In this document: positions 29,122 to 39,041 of the stretch, one piece after another
How the letters are laid out: every line of letters starts with the position of its first letter
How positions within the stretch are numbered: the first letter of the stretch is position 1
Notes under the pieces: generated by a model
What the model saw: the letters and a program-made list of their open reading frames with translations, nothing else
What the model was told of the DNA's origin: nothing
Databases searched by the model: none
Program-made: the position numbers and the translations under genes
Source: Pseudothermotoga sp.
GTDB taxonomy: Bacteria > Thermotogota > Thermotogae > Thermotogales > DSM-5069
Length of the DNA: 64,000 nucleotides
Direction: 5' to 3' (one strand)
NCBI GenBank assembly: GCA_031962025.1
Contig: JAVRKW010000003.1

Positions 29122-29188
29122 CCAAAAAATCCACAGTCTCAGTTTTCTTCACCTCATTAACGGCACATAGATATTCCAACCTCTCAAG

Positions 29189-29210
29189 CCCCCACCTTTA
29201 CAGGTGGGGG
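29189..29210. terminator. GC-rich stem-loop between SBP and permease genes
   Basis: CCCCCACCT-TTAC-AGGTGGGGG; no clear U tract, so possibly an mRNA stabiliser. Confidence 0.55.
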
Positions 29211-29217
29211 TAGTTGA

Positions 29218-30480
29218 TTATTTACCAAGACCTGCCTTTTTCCAGAAATCAGCCCATTTTTTCAGTGCATCTTCTGGTTTCATTTTTCCAAGCAGGACCT
29301 GTTGCATTGAAGTTTCCTGAAGTTCATTCCATTCACTCCAAGCTTCGTTGTCCAGCGGGTATTTTGTGAACTGATAGTGCTGTGGATCATCGAACATGGC
29401 TTTCCATCCATAGAATATATCGCTCTTGAAGTATGGATCGATATCGTAAACTCTCATATCAACTGGCAGAGCACCATAATCTCTGCACCAGAAGGCATTG
29501 ATCTCTGGCGAGTTGAAGAATTCCAAAAATTTCCATGCGATGTCCTTGTACTTCGAATAACTGGTGATGCCCCACCCTGCAAAACCAATCGTTGGATAGG
29601 CTTTCCCACCTTTTCCGACAGGTAGTGGAGCAGTTCGGTACTTGTCCTGACCGAGAAGCTCGTTCAGAAGTCCGACAGTATCTGGATCCTGGAACAGATA
29701 CGGTGTGATACCGGAGACAAAGGAATTCACCTGTTCATCAAAGCCCCAGTTTATGGAATCTTTTGGTGCAGTCTTGAAGAGTTCCAGATAGAAGTTGATA
29801 CCATCGAGGGCGCGTTTGTCTTCAAAGATGAGTTTTCCACTTTTGGTCAAATACATGCAGTTTGGGTCAATGTCATCAAAGAAAGAGGTCATCACAATGT
29901 CTATAAACGCAGTTGGGTAACCTTTCCCGCGAAAATCAAAGCCGTACTGGTTCTGTTCTGGTTTTGTTATATTTTTGCAGTATTCAAGGAGTTTATCCAT
30001 CGTCTTTGGAGCGTCTGGCAGGTTGTATCTGGAAGTTATATCAGGTCTGATGAAGAGGGTTTTCACATAAATGGCATTGGGTAAAAGATAAGCGGTGTTT
30101 TTGTAAGTTCTTGCAGCTTCGAGTACACCGGGAACAAGATGGTCTGTGATTTGGGATTTTGCAAGGTACGGTTCCAAAGACAACAATTTACCCATGCTCG
30201 CAAGGGCGCTTAAAGACCAGTCTCCGACTTCAACGATATCAAGTGGTTCCTCAGCACTCACCATGAGATAGATCTTCTGGTAAGCTGTTTCATAAGGTGG
30301 AGAGATCAACTCGATCTTGACACCGGGGTTCTGGGCTTCGAATTTCGAAATGATCTCTTCAAGTACCTTGGTTCTCAGGGGGCTTGTGAAAACCTGAATG
30401 ACTTTCAAAGTCACTGCTTCAGCGAACAACAGGGAAAAACTGATCAAACCAATCATGACAACCACCAAAAACTTGCGCAA
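29218..30480 (-). CDS. sugar ABC transporter substrate-binding protein
   Basis: Signal peptide, IISKFEAQNPGVKIE and family-1 SBP features; GGAGGTGA SD before TTG 30480. Confidence 0.9.
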   Translation of the reverse strand: MRKFLVVVMIGLISFSLLFAEAVTLKVIQVFTSPLRTKVLEEIISKFEAQNPGVKIELISPPYETAYQKIYLMVSAEEPLDIVEVGDWSLSALASMGKLLSLEPYLAKSQITDHLVPGVLEAARTYKNTAYLLPNAIYVKTLFIRPDITSRYNLPDAPKTMDKLLEYCKNITKPEQNQYGFDFRGKGYPTAFIDIVMTSFFDDIDPNCMYLTKSGKLIFEDKRALDGINFYLELFKTAPKDSINWGFDEQVNSFVSGITPYLFQDPDTVGLLNELLGQDKYRTAPLPVGKGGKAYPTIGFAGWGITSYSKYKDIAWKFLEFFNSPEINAFWCRDYGALPVDMRVYDIDPYFKSDIFYGWKAMFDDPQHYQFTKYPLDNEAWSEWNELQETSMQQVLLGKMKPEDALKKWADFWKKAGLGK

Positions 30481-30598
30481 CCTGATCACCTCCCAATACA
30501 GTATAATTATACAGGGTTGCGACGAAAACTGCTTTTTGAAAAATCGTTTTTGAGTATTAAATCATGGTAATATTTATACTTAAGGGGGTGTCGTAAAA

Positions 30599-31174
30599 GT
30601 GAAAAAAATGATGTTGATCTTTTTGCTTTTACTTTTTTCAACGCTCATGATTGGAGAAGTTTATTTTTGGTTTGATTCATCTTTCGGCTTTTCCACATAC
30701 GGTGAACTTTATGCCAATGGTAGAAGATCTCTGAAGGCTTTAACAGACTATGGAGCACAGATCGGGTTTGAGTATGGACTTTTGAGAGGTTTGAGAATGG
30801 GTGTGAGTTTTGGGTTTTTAAGCATGAGTGTTGCAACAGACCTTGGTTCTGTTAACTCGAATTTGATCTGCGCTGGATTGCCCTTGAGTTTTACTTTTGA
30901 TTTTCTCGATGTTGTCTGTCAGATAAGTGGTGGCTTTCTGTTCGTCCTTGCCGGTCCTACGGGTAGCCTGTCGGGCTTTGGCATGCCAGGAACGAGCAAT
31001 TTTCAAGGTTTGATATACACCGCAAAAGCTGATTTTCTATGGGAGCTGAGCGATCAGTTTTCAGTGGGGATCGGAGCTGGTGTCAGGTTTCATGATCTGA
31101 ATATCCCTACCAGAGATGTTTCTCTCAGATCTCTGAGCATACCGATTTCTTTGAAGATAAGCTACAGATTTTAA
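30599..31174 (+). CDS. predicted outer-envelope small beta-barrel protein
   Basis: Signal peptide, alternating hydrophobic beta strands, C-terminal ISLKISYRF ending in Phe. Confidence 0.6.
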   Translation: MKKMMLIFLLLLFSTLMIGEVYFWFDSSFGFSTYGELYANGRRSLKALTDYGAQIGFEYGLLRGLRMGVSFGFLSMSVATDLGSVNSNLICAGLPLSFTFDFLDVVCQISGGFLFVLAGPTGSLSGFGMPGTSNFQGLIYTAKADFLWELSDQFSVGIGAGVRFHDLNIPTRDVSLRSLSIPISLKISYRF

Positions 31175-31195
31175 ACGCAGCCAGAAGGCTGCGTT
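31174..31195. terminator. hairpin between convergent genes
   Basis: AACGCAGCC-AGAA-GGCTGCGTT. Confidence 0.6.
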
Positions 31196-32076
31196 CAATC
31201 ACGGAATCGACCTATTTTGAGGATCTTTGCTATATTTGCGTCCGGATTTATAAGCGGTTTTAATCTTGGCTGGGCGCAGGTCATCACAGTTGTTACTCCT
31301 GGACCGTGTCCGGCGTATTTGCAATCACTGTGTATCACCACGCCTATTGTGGCTGCTCCTTTTCTATAACATCTTCCAAATGCGTTGTCATGATCCTGTA
31401 TGTAAACTATATCTCCGAATCTCAATTTGTCCAACCCGTATTCTTTGAGAGTTTTCTCGTCAGCGGTCATTATATCGTAATCTCCTGTGCCCATACTGGT
31501 GGATCCTATACCAGATCCCATCAAAAAAGATGGGACAACTGCAACAACAGGTACATGAAGTTGATTGTCTTTTTCGACTATTCCCATTTTTTCAAGTAGG
31601 TTCGGATCGATGTTGTACACAAAGACATCTGGATAGTCAAGGAGCTTCAAACCCTGTCCAAAACCTTTGATCAATATCTTGTCGTCCAGTGTGAGTTTTT
31701 CGAGTACTTCGTCTGGAAAATCGATCAAGACATGCTCAGCCCCACCGTGATGACCTGTGACAACACCCTTTGCACCCTTTGCATCTCCGGTGACGACTTT
31801 CGCTTCGTTTCCAATACACGCGTAGAAATTGTAACCTCTGTTTGGTCCTGAATCTCTTTTTTCCTGGTCAAGGATTGTAGAAACTCCCGGCTCAACATGA
31901 TCCACTTCCCAGCCAAAGGCACAGTCTCCAACTTTCACGTTGTAAGTTATTCCCCCAGTTCCGGGTAGCATGAAAGGTTTTCCGTCGTGTGAAACAGAAT
32001 GCCTTCCAGAGTGTTCCGGTTTGACAATTGTGCCCTGCACAGAAATCATGACCAGTCTGTCTTTGTTTGTTCTCAT
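31195..32076 (-). CDS. DUF4438 family protein
   Basis: MRTNKDRLV, GGITYNVKVGD..DHVEPGVS, GHHGGAEHV and HSDC..GHGPG resemble T. maritima TM1086 as recalled. Confidence 0.8.
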   Translation of the reverse strand: MRTNKDRLVMISVQGTIVKPEHSGRHSVSHDGKPFMLPGTGGITYNVKVGDCAFGWEVDHVEPGVSTILDQEKRDSGPNRGYNFYACIGNEAKVVTGDAKGAKGVVTGHHGGAEHVLIDFPDEVLEKLTLDDKILIKGFGQGLKLLDYPDVFVYNIDPNLLEKMGIVEKDNQLHVPVVAVVPSFLMGSGIGSTSMGTGDYDIMTADEKTLKEYGLDKLRFGDIVYIQDHDNAFGRCYRKGAATIGVVIHSDCKYAGHGPGVTTVMTCAQPRLKPLINPDANIAKILKIGRFRD

Positions 32077-32158
32077 AAAAACACCTCCATGATATATCCT
32101 ATCAGATTCGTTCGAAAAACGAATTTTGATATCATTTTTTCACAGGAGGCATCTGTGA

Positions 32159-32815
32159 GTGGACGTACAGAGTTTTTTGTTGAAGATCTACAAAATTTTT
32201 TATGAGAGTTATGGACCGCAGGGCTGGTGGCCCGCAGAAAGCTGGTTTGAGGTAGTCGTTGGAGCTGTTTTGACGCAGAATACTTCCTGGAAAAATGTAG
32301 AAAAGGCGATATTGAACCTGAAACACAACGGATTACTGGATCCTGAAAAATTGTATGCACTTTCGGATCAAGAACTCACAGTATTAATAAAACCTGCCGG
32401 TTTTTACAACATAAAGGCTCAAAGGTTGAAAAACCTGATGAATCTTTTGAAAGAATACGATTTTGAGTTTGAAAGGCTTTTGAAAAATATCTCAAGAGAG
32501 AAACTCTTATCTGTAAAAGGCATAGGGAAAGAGACTGCTGATTCGATATTGTTGTACGCTTTCAACATACCAGTTTTCGTTGTGGACAATTACACAAAGC
32601 GCATCTTTCACAGATTGGGAGTTGTCTCTGAAAAAGACGACTATGACAGCATTCAAAAACTCTTTCATCTGATTCCATCGGATGTCAAGATCTATCAGGA
32701 ATATCACGCTCTGATCGTGAAACATGCAAAAGATATCTGCACCAAGAACAAGCCATTATGTGAGCGCTGTGCAGTTGAAAATTACTGCAAATACGGCGAT
32801 GAGATTTTGGAATGA
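32159..32815 (+). CDS. endonuclease III-related HhH-GPD DNA glycosylase
   Basis: GAVLTQNTSW, LLSVKGIGKETADSILLYA (HhH), FVVDNY and C-terminal CTKNKPLCERC..C Fe-S motif. Confidence 0.9.
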   Translation: MDVQSFLLKIYKIFYESYGPQGWWPAESWFEVVVGAVLTQNTSWKNVEKAILNLKHNGLLDPEKLYALSDQELTVLIKPAGFYNIKAQRLKNLMNLLKEYDFEFERLLKNISREKLLSVKGIGKETADSILLYAFNIPVFVVDNYTKRIFHRLGVVSEKDDYDSIQKLFHLIPSDVKIYQEYHALIVKHAKDICTKNKPLCERCAVENYCKYGDEILE

Positions 32816-32818
32816 TAC

Positions 32819-32847
32819 TTGCGAATTCTTCTCATTTATGGTATAAA
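32819..32847 (+). promoter_or_regulatory. sigma70-type promoter for tRNA-Ser-rimP-nusA
   Basis: TTGCGA-N17-TATAAA with TGn. Confidence 0.55.
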
Positions 32848-32870
32848 TATTTTGCAGGTATTTAGATTCA

Positions 32871-32961
32871 GGAGAGGTGGCCGAGCGGTCTAAGGCGCAC
32901 GCCTGGAGAGCGTGTGGTGGGCAAAACCCACCCGTGGGTTCAAATCCCACCCTCTCCGCCA
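32871..32961 (+). tRNA. tRNA-Ser (anticodon GGA)
   Basis: GGAGAGG/CCTCTCC acceptor, CACGC-CTGGAGA-GCGTG anticodon arm, long variable arm, GTGGG-TTCAAAT-CCCAC T arm, CCA. Confidence 0.95.
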
Positions 32962-32965
32962 AAGT

Positions 32966-32989
32966 ACCGGGACAGATGTCCCGGTTTTT
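32966..32989 (+). terminator. terminator-like hairpin between tRNA-Ser and rimP
   Basis: ACCGGGAC-AGAT-GTCCCGGT followed by TTTT. Confidence 0.6.
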
Positions 32990-33006
32990 CAGTAGAGGTG
33001 ATCTGT

Positions 33007-33453
33007 ATGCAAGAGGTCATTGAAAAACTCAGACCTGTTGTCGTTGACATACTCAAAAATTTGGGACTCGATTTATTCGATCTTTCTTTTAAACGCCAGC
33101 ATGGCAACTGGGTTTTGAGAGTTGTGATCGATGATCCAAGTGGATATGTGAGTATCAGGCAGTGTGAGAAGGTCTCCGATGAACTTGGTCGATACCTTGA
33201 TCTGAACGATCTCATCGGGTTCAGCTATGTTCTTGAGGTATCTTCTCCGGGACTTGACAGACCAATGAGAGGTGTTCAGGACTATAAGAGATTTGTTAAA
33301 AGACTTGCCAAGTTCTGGCTTAAAGATGGAAGGTTCGTAATGGGACATATAGAGTATGCAGATGAGACCAAGGTCGTCATAAAAACAGAATCAGGAACGG
33401 TGGATTTTTCACCAGAACAGGTTAGCAAAAGTAAACTCGAGGTTGAATTTTAA
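33007..33453 (+). CDS. rimP: ribosome maturation factor RimP
   Basis: LRVVID, CEKVS and YVLEVSSPGLDRP; GAGGTG SD before ATG 33007. Confidence 0.92.
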   Translation: MQEVIEKLRPVVVDILKNLGLDLFDLSFKRQHGNWVLRVVIDDPSGYVSIRQCEKVSDELGRYLDLNDLIGFSYVLEVSSPGLDRPMRGVQDYKRFVKRLAKFWLKDGRFVMGHIEYADETKVVIKTESGTVDFSPEQVSKSKLEVEF

Positions 33454-33467
33454 GGAGGTGGATTCAC

Positions 33468-34502
33468 ATGAACCTTGCGCTTTTGGACGCGCTTGATGAA
33501 ATCGAACAAGAAAAGGGTATATCGAAAGAGGAGATAATACAAATCCTTGAGAGAGCACTTGTGAGCGCCTATAAAAAGAATTTCGGCACGGCAAAGAATG
33601 TCGATGTGAAAATAGACCGTATGACCGGTGATGTACAGCTTTTTCAGGTCTTTGATGTGGTGGAAAATGTTCAGGATCAGTTGACACAGATGAGTCTTGA
33701 GGAAGCCAGAAAGATCGATCCACTGGCTGAAATCGGTAAAAAGGTCTACAAAAAGATGGTCGCGAAGAACTTTGGCAGGATAGCGGCACAAACCGCCAAG
33801 CAGGTGCTGATACAGAGAATAAGGGAGCTTGAAAAGGAAAGACAGTACGAGCATTACTCCAATCTCGCCGGTAGTGTCATCACAGCAGAGGTTATAAGGG
33901 TCACTCCTGACTGGGCAGATGTGAGAATTGGAAAAATAGAAACCAGATTACCAAAAAAAGAATGGATAGACAATGAGCATATAAAACCTGGTGATTTGAT
34001 AAAAGTTTACGTTAAAGATGTTCAGAAGGACAAAAAGGGACCAAAAATCATCGTGAGCAGGGCAGCACCGGAATTTGTTGCAGGTTTGTTAAAACTTGAG
34101 GTTCCAGAGGTTGAAAATGGTATAGTACAGATTAAGGCAATCGCAAGAGAACCTGGGGTTAGAACCAAGATAGCGGTTGTTTCTACTAACCCTCAGGTTG
34201 ATCCGGTCGGCGCATGTATTGGTGAAGGAGGAAGTCGCATAGCTGCAATACTCAAAGAATTGAAAGGAGAAAAAGTCGATATCTTCAAATGGTCTGAAGA
34301 TCCAAGACAGTTGATTGCCAACGCACTTGCACCTGCTTCTGCCACAAACGTTGAAATACTGGACTTTGAGAAAAAAGCCGCCCGTGTTCTGGTGCCGCCG
34401 ACCCAGCTTTCACTCGCAATAGGTAAAGGTGGTCAGAATGCCAGACTCGCCGCAAAGTTGACTGGCTGGAAGATAGATATAAAACCGGTAATGAACCTGT
34501 GA
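33468..34502 (+). CDS. nusA: transcription elongation factor NusA
   Basis: FGRIAAQTAKQV, AREPGVRTKIAV, DPVGACIG and LSLAIGKGGQNARLAAKLTGWKIDI. Confidence 0.97.
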   Translation: MNLALLDALDEIEQEKGISKEEIIQILERALVSAYKKNFGTAKNVDVKIDRMTGDVQLFQVFDVVENVQDQLTQMSLEEARKIDPLAEIGKKVYKKMVAKNFGRIAAQTAKQVLIQRIRELEKERQYEHYSNLAGSVITAEVIRVTPDWADVRIGKIETRLPKKEWIDNEHIKPGDLIKVYVKDVQKDKKGPKIIVSRAAPEFVAGLLKLEVPEVENGIVQIKAIAREPGVRTKIAVVSTNPQVDPVGACIGEGGSRIAAILKELKGEKVDIFKWSEDPRQLIANALAPASATNVEILDFEKKAARVLVPPTQLSLAIGKGGQNARLAAKLTGWKIDIKPVMNL

Positions 34503-34509
34503 GAGGAGG

Positions 34510-34977
34510 ATGGACGTGATCTACGAATCTTTGAGAAAAGAGCTCAGATCAAAAAAGTATAGAATGACCGCCCAGAGAGAGATTGTTCTGAAGGTCTTTG
34601 CTGAGTCGGGAGAAAAACACCTTGGAGCTGAAGACGTGTACAGAAGATTGATTGAAAAAAGGTACAGAATCAGCAAAGCAACAGTTTACAGAACCGTGGA
34701 ATTGCTTTCAAAACTCGGTTTTCTCAGAAGATTGGAGTTTGGTGAAGGCGTTTACAGGTATGAATTGGCAACTTTTGATTCAGAAACACTCCATCAGCAT
34801 GTAATTTGCAGAACATGTGGAGAGATCATAGAAATAGACGAAAAAACGGTGAAAGATCTGGTCAAGAGCGTTGAGGCAAAAACAGGCTATCTGATAAATG
34901 ATTACGATATAAAGTTCTACGGTTTGTGCCCAAAATGCCAGAATAGAAAAAGCGCCAGTGCACAGAACAGGACATAG
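34510..34977 (+). CDS. fur: Fur family transcriptional regulator
   Basis: RMTAQR, HLGAEDVY, ISKATVYRTVELL, HQHVICRTCG and FYGLCPKC. Confidence 0.9.
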   Translation: MDVIYESLRKELRSKKYRMTAQREIVLKVFAESGEKHLGAEDVYRRLIEKRYRISKATVYRTVELLSKLGFLRRLEFGEGVYRYELATFDSETLHQHVICRTCGEIIEIDEKTVKDLVKSVEAKTGYLINDYDIKFYGLCPKCQNRKSASAQNRT

Positions 34978-36203
34978 CCAGTTAGTCCAAGTGATAGGTT
35001 TGGAAAAATCGAGGAAAACTCGACCAATTTTCGAAGAAGATATATAAAAGGCGTTGCGCCCAGCAATAATGTCTGAGCCAGTTTTTGCAGGCTGATTGTT
35101 TTCATAATACTTGAAAGAAAACCAATCCAGATAGCCGGTGTAACTAAAAATGTTGCCGGAAAACTGATAAAAACAGTCAAAGGATTCAGGGATGAAAAGA
35201 TGCTCAAAAAAGGCGCAACGCCGATAAACGCAGCGGTTGATACAGCAAGATTTTTCATCACAAAGCCGTATTTTTTAATCTTTTCCTGGACAAGTAATAT
35301 TGCACCAGTCGCAGAATAACTCATCAAAAACGATGAAGATAAGATCGAGTAAGGTTCGATCAAAAGATTCACCGTACCGACCAGTCCAAGAACGTTGAGA
35401 GACTCCACAGGATAATCGGCGATCTTGAAAAAATTCCATACCAGCAGCATCATCGCTGCTCTAAAAGCCGATGCAGTTGGACCTGTACTGAGTGCAAATA
35501 GTAATGCGATCAAACAACTGATCGATCTTCTGAAGAAAAATCTATAAGTGAAAAAACTCACTATAATATCTGAAAGAGCATAGATAATTCCAACGTGAAG
35601 CCCGGAAACGGCAAACAAATGAGCTAAACCGCTCTGCCTCAGTTGCAGAGATTCATTTGCGTCAAACTCACCTTCGCTGAACAACAGTCCATTCATGATC
35701 CTTCCAAGGTCACCTAAGGTATTCTGGATAAACTCTTTGTTCTGCTCTTTCAATTTCTGTAAGATCACAAGTAGCCGTGAAAATCCCCTTGCAGATTGGG
35801 TAAGACCTGCACAGAAGATAGGCTCAAAAGTATAATGTGGATATGAAAAAGAACTGTATATCTTACCAAAGGCGTATATCTGTTCACCGGCTTTGAGATC
35901 TTTTGTTTTGACCTTTATCTGGTGGTTCAGGTTTTTCCATTTATTGTTCATAAAAATTTTCGCATTGGTCACTATGACGTGATTGGGATTTTTCACACTG
36001 ACAAACCCAACGATCTCTGCCTGTTCTGGTCCAATGCTGGGTAGGGCAATTAAAAATCCCAAGATGATACAGATTGCGTAGACCTTAATGGCAGTTCCTT
36101 TGAAAAAGAAAAGCACGCTGATAAATGGCATAATTAAAAAGACCGGGGAAAGCAAAACCCCAGTCGATATTCCCAAAAACGAGATCAGCCAGAAATAACT
36201 CAT
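34917..36203 (-). CDS. comEC: ComEC/Rec2 competence channel protein (no beta-lactamase domain)
   Basis: SGLAHLFAVSGLHVG, SAFRAAMM and SFLMSYSAT competence-domain motifs. Confidence 0.85.
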   Translation of the reverse strand: MSYFWLISFLGISTGVLLSPVFLIMPFISVLFFFKGTAIKVYAICIILGFLIALPSIGPEQAEIVGFVSVKNPNHVIVTNAKIFMNNKWKNLNHQIKVKTKDLKAGEQIYAFGKIYSSFSYPHYTFEPIFCAGLTQSARGFSRLLVILQKLKEQNKEFIQNTLGDLGRIMNGLLFSEGEFDANESLQLRQSGLAHLFAVSGLHVGIIYALSDIIVSFFTYRFFFRRSISCLIALLFALSTGPTASAFRAAMMLLVWNFFKIADYPVESLNVLGLVGTVNLLIEPYSILSSSFLMSYSATGAILLVQEKIKKYGFVMKNLAVSTAAFIGVAPFLSIFSSLNPLTVFISFPATFLVTPAIWIGFLSSIMKTISLQKLAQTLLLGATPFIYLLRKLVEFSSIFPNLSLGLTGYVLFCALALFLFWHFGHKP

Positions 36204-37408
36204 GCACCAAATTTTTCAAGTCTCAAAGCGTGTGCAAGCATCAAAGACATCGCATCCACGGCGTACATGGTTCCCAAACTACCTTTTGCACATTCAAATT
36301 CGTCAAAGGATTTACTCAGACCTCTTCTGGTATATGCTGACCAGATCATGAAAGGCACAGGATGCCAGCTATGAGATTTCAAAATTGCAGGTGTCGAGTG
36401 ATCACCCGTTACCACCAGAACATCTGGTTTGAACGCGAGTATTTGCGGGATCAACCTGTCGACATCTTCGATAACATGAACCTTTGCGTCAAAATCTCCA
36501 TCTTCTCCATAAGAATCGGTTTTCTTGACGTGAAAGTAGAAAAAGTCATATCTGTCCCAGACTCCTTTGAGCGTGTTTATTTCATCCTCGATTGTACTAC
36601 CGGTATCAATCACATCCATACCGATGAGTCTGGCTATACCTTTGTACATTGGATAGGTTGCTATTGCGCATGCCTTCAATTTGTATACCTGTGGGAATTG
36701 AGGAAGTTTTGGATATTTTGAAAAACCCCTGATCAGGGCAAAGTTCATCTTTGGTTCATCAGATAGGACCTTACCGATCTGCTTCATGAGTTCGTTAACC
36801 ACTTCTGAAGTCTTTTTTGCCTGATCAGATAACGGCTGGGTGAAAACGATCGGCTTGCCTTCTTTCTGTGGATCGGCATCAGTCAATCTGTCATCGAGTC
36901 CTTCGCCTGTCAGTTTTACCACAAAGCGGTGTTCTTTCCCCGGATAAAAGGTTATCTTCACATCTTTTATATCCTTGATTAACCTGGAGAGCTTTTCCAC
37001 CACCTTTGAACTCTCATCTGTGGAAGGTCTACCGGCTCTTCTGTCAACCACGATGCCATCTTTGACGGTCGCAAAGTTGGCTCTTGCGACTACGTCTTTT
37101 TCATCTACGGGTACATTCGAACCGAGTGCTTCTAAGATACCTCTGCCTATCTGATACTTCACAGGGTCATATCCAAACAGTGCCAGATGTCCTGGACCGC
37201 TGCCGGGTGTGATACCGGGCAAAACGGGTATCGTCTGACCAAGGTCAGATTCCATTGCCAGTCTGTCCAGATTTGGAGTTTTTGCCACTTGTAATGGTGT
37301 TTTGCCATCTTTTGGTAGATCTCCAATTCCATCCATTACCAGAAGAACGATTTTGGTTTGTGATGGCTGAACGACTTCACCGAGTAGTTGCTGTCTGTCG
37401 TAATTCAT
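36200..37408 (-). CDS. apgM: 2,3-bisphosphoglycerate-independent phosphoglycerate mutase (archaeal ApgM type)
   Basis: VMDGIGD, TPNLDRLA, PGSGPGHLALFGYDP, GRGILEALG and TGDHSTP..HSWHPVP; GGAGGTGA SD before ATG 37408. Confidence 0.92.
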   Translation of the reverse strand: MNYDRQQLLGEVVQPSQTKIVLLVMDGIGDLPKDGKTPLQVAKTPNLDRLAMESDLGQTIPVLPGITPGSGPGHLALFGYDPVKYQIGRGILEALGSNVPVDEKDVVARANFATVKDGIVVDRRAGRPSTDESSKVVEKLSRLIKDIKDVKITFYPGKEHRFVVKLTGEGLDDRLTDADPQKEGKPIVFTQPLSDQAKKTSEVVNELMKQIGKVLSDEPKMNFALIRGFSKYPKLPQFPQVYKLKACAIATYPMYKGIARLIGMDVIDTGSTIEDEINTLKGVWDRYDFFYFHVKKTDSYGEDGDFDAKVHVIEDVDRLIPQILAFKPDVLVVTGDHSTPAILKSHSWHPVPFMIWSAYTRRGLSKSFDEFECAKGSLGTMYAVDAMSLMLAHALRLEKFGA

Positions 37409-37412
37409 CAGA

Positions 37413-39041
37413 TCACCTCCACTGTGCTCTAAAAGTTGAATATATATCTTCAAAGAGTTTGTTTTTCATGGGCTCGTTGATTTCTATGGATAGAGCCTTT
37501 AAAAGTTCAATGAAGAAATCACTCCCTCTTTGTACTTCAAAGTTCAAGTCTTCAAAAGAAAAACTTTCATCTTCGAGTTTGGAGACTTTTTTTGCAAAAT
37601 GCCAGTGATATTCTTGAAGATCAGGCACAACATCGTTTACGAAATTGGAAAGGTCAAATCCGTTGTTCAATTTCACGTGGAACAAAAGTCTTGTCAATCC
37701 GATTGCGACAGCGAGCATCACACCACTTCCATAAATTGCGACCGCCGCTTTTGTGGCATTTTTTTCCATTTCAAACGGATCGCTTGAGCTTGCCAGAATA
37801 ACTGCTAAAATCGTGTCAAGCCATTTTACAGTATCTGTATCGGTATCCTGTGATGGGAAGAACCCTTCTTTTAGCATCTGGGTTCTATCTGAATCTTCAA
37901 CTGTATGAGCCAGCTTTTGTACATCCAGTTTTAATCCGTTCATGCATGATTTTACTGTTTTTACTTTCTGATTCATACAATCAGGGATGGCAATAGAACC
38001 ATCCCATTCATTCATAAAGAAGATCAGTTCGTCCATCTTTTCTCTGTAGTCTTTTGACAGATCGTTGAGCAGAGAATAGGCTTCTTTTTTGTCAACGAAA
38101 AAAGTCAAAAGTACTTGATTGTACAAGATCATCTGATCATCACTGATCTGCCTTGCTCTGTCTATAATCTGCTTTGCCTGCTCATAAAAACCAAGACGTC
38201 TCAGTGTGAGCGCATATTCGTTTAAAAGTGAAATATTTTCCGGCTGGCTTTCAGTCAGTTGTTTGAGTATGTTCATGGCTTCAAAATGCTTACCCAGCCT
38301 GGAAAGTGAGTGCGACAGGTTGTATGCGCTGGCAAAGTCGTTTTTATCGAGCTCCAAAGCTTTTTTCAGGACTTTCTCGGCGTATTCATATCTTTGGAGT
38401 ATGTTACAAGCCACACCGAGTCTTGAGTAAGCCTGAGAGAACTCAGGATCGATCTGGATTAAAGTCTGGTAAAAGTCACAGGCCTGTCTCACATCACCCA
38501 GTTCCATGTAACAATCTCCAATTCTCAAAAGTGGAAGCAAAAAATTCTTATCCAGTTCAAAGGCTTTTTGATATTCTAAAATAGCATCTTCTAGTTCCTT
38601 TTTTGTTCTGAGAATATTCCCAAGTTCATAATGTCCCAGTGCGAAATTTTCGTTTTTTGATACGCTGGACTTAAGAAAGATCTCTGCCAGTTCGTAATTT
38701 TTCAATTTCGATGCAATTAACCCTTTGAAAAAATCATATCTGTAGTCCTTGTCAAAATTTCCAGCCTTCTCCAACCAGTCTTCAGCAGATTTCAAATCTT
38801 CATCGTTGAGCGCAGCTTTCACTTTCTCGTAATAGAAGTACACAAGGTATGACCCATAGTATGGGTCTTTTGACAACTTGTACTGGGCTTCAAGACCGCG
38901 AATGACAATGTCAATTGGTATCTGGTTTTCATCGACTATTTTCGGGAAATCCTCGACCAGTACGGGAAGTTTTACCGGAAGATTTAATCTTTTAGCCTTA
39001 TTTGGATCAAGTGGTAGATAAACGATCGCCTTGATCTTCAT
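37413..39041 (-). CDS. tetratricopeptide repeat protein
   Basis: Several TPR consensus repeats (HYELGNIL..AILEYQKAFELD, AYSRLGVA..); AGGAGG SD before ATG 39041. Confidence 0.85.
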   Translation of the reverse strand: MKIKAIVYLPLDPNKAKRLNLPVKLPVLVEDFPKIVDENQIPIDIVIRGLEAQYKLSKDPYYGSYLVYFYYEKVKAALNDEDLKSAEDWLEKAGNFDKDYRYDFFKGLIASKLKNYELAEIFLKSSVSKNENFALGHYELGNILRTKKELEDAILEYQKAFELDKNFLLPLLRIGDCYMELGDVRQACDFYQTLIQIDPEFSQAYSRLGVACNILQRYEYAEKVLKKALELDKNDFASAYNLSHSLSRLGKHFEAMNILKQLTESQPENISLLNEYALTLRRLGFYEQAKQIIDRARQISDDQMILYNQVLLTFFVDKKEAYSLLNDLSKDYREKMDELIFFMNEWDGSIAIPDCMNQKVKTVKSCMNGLKLDVQKLAHTVEDSDRTQMLKEGFFPSQDTDTDTVKWLDTILAVILASSSDPFEMEKNATKAAVAIYGSGVMLAVAIGLTRLLFHVKLNNGFDLSNFVNDVVPDLQEYHWHFAKKVSKLEDESFSFEDLNFEVQRGSDFFIELLKALSIEINEPMKNKLFEDIYSTFRAQWR

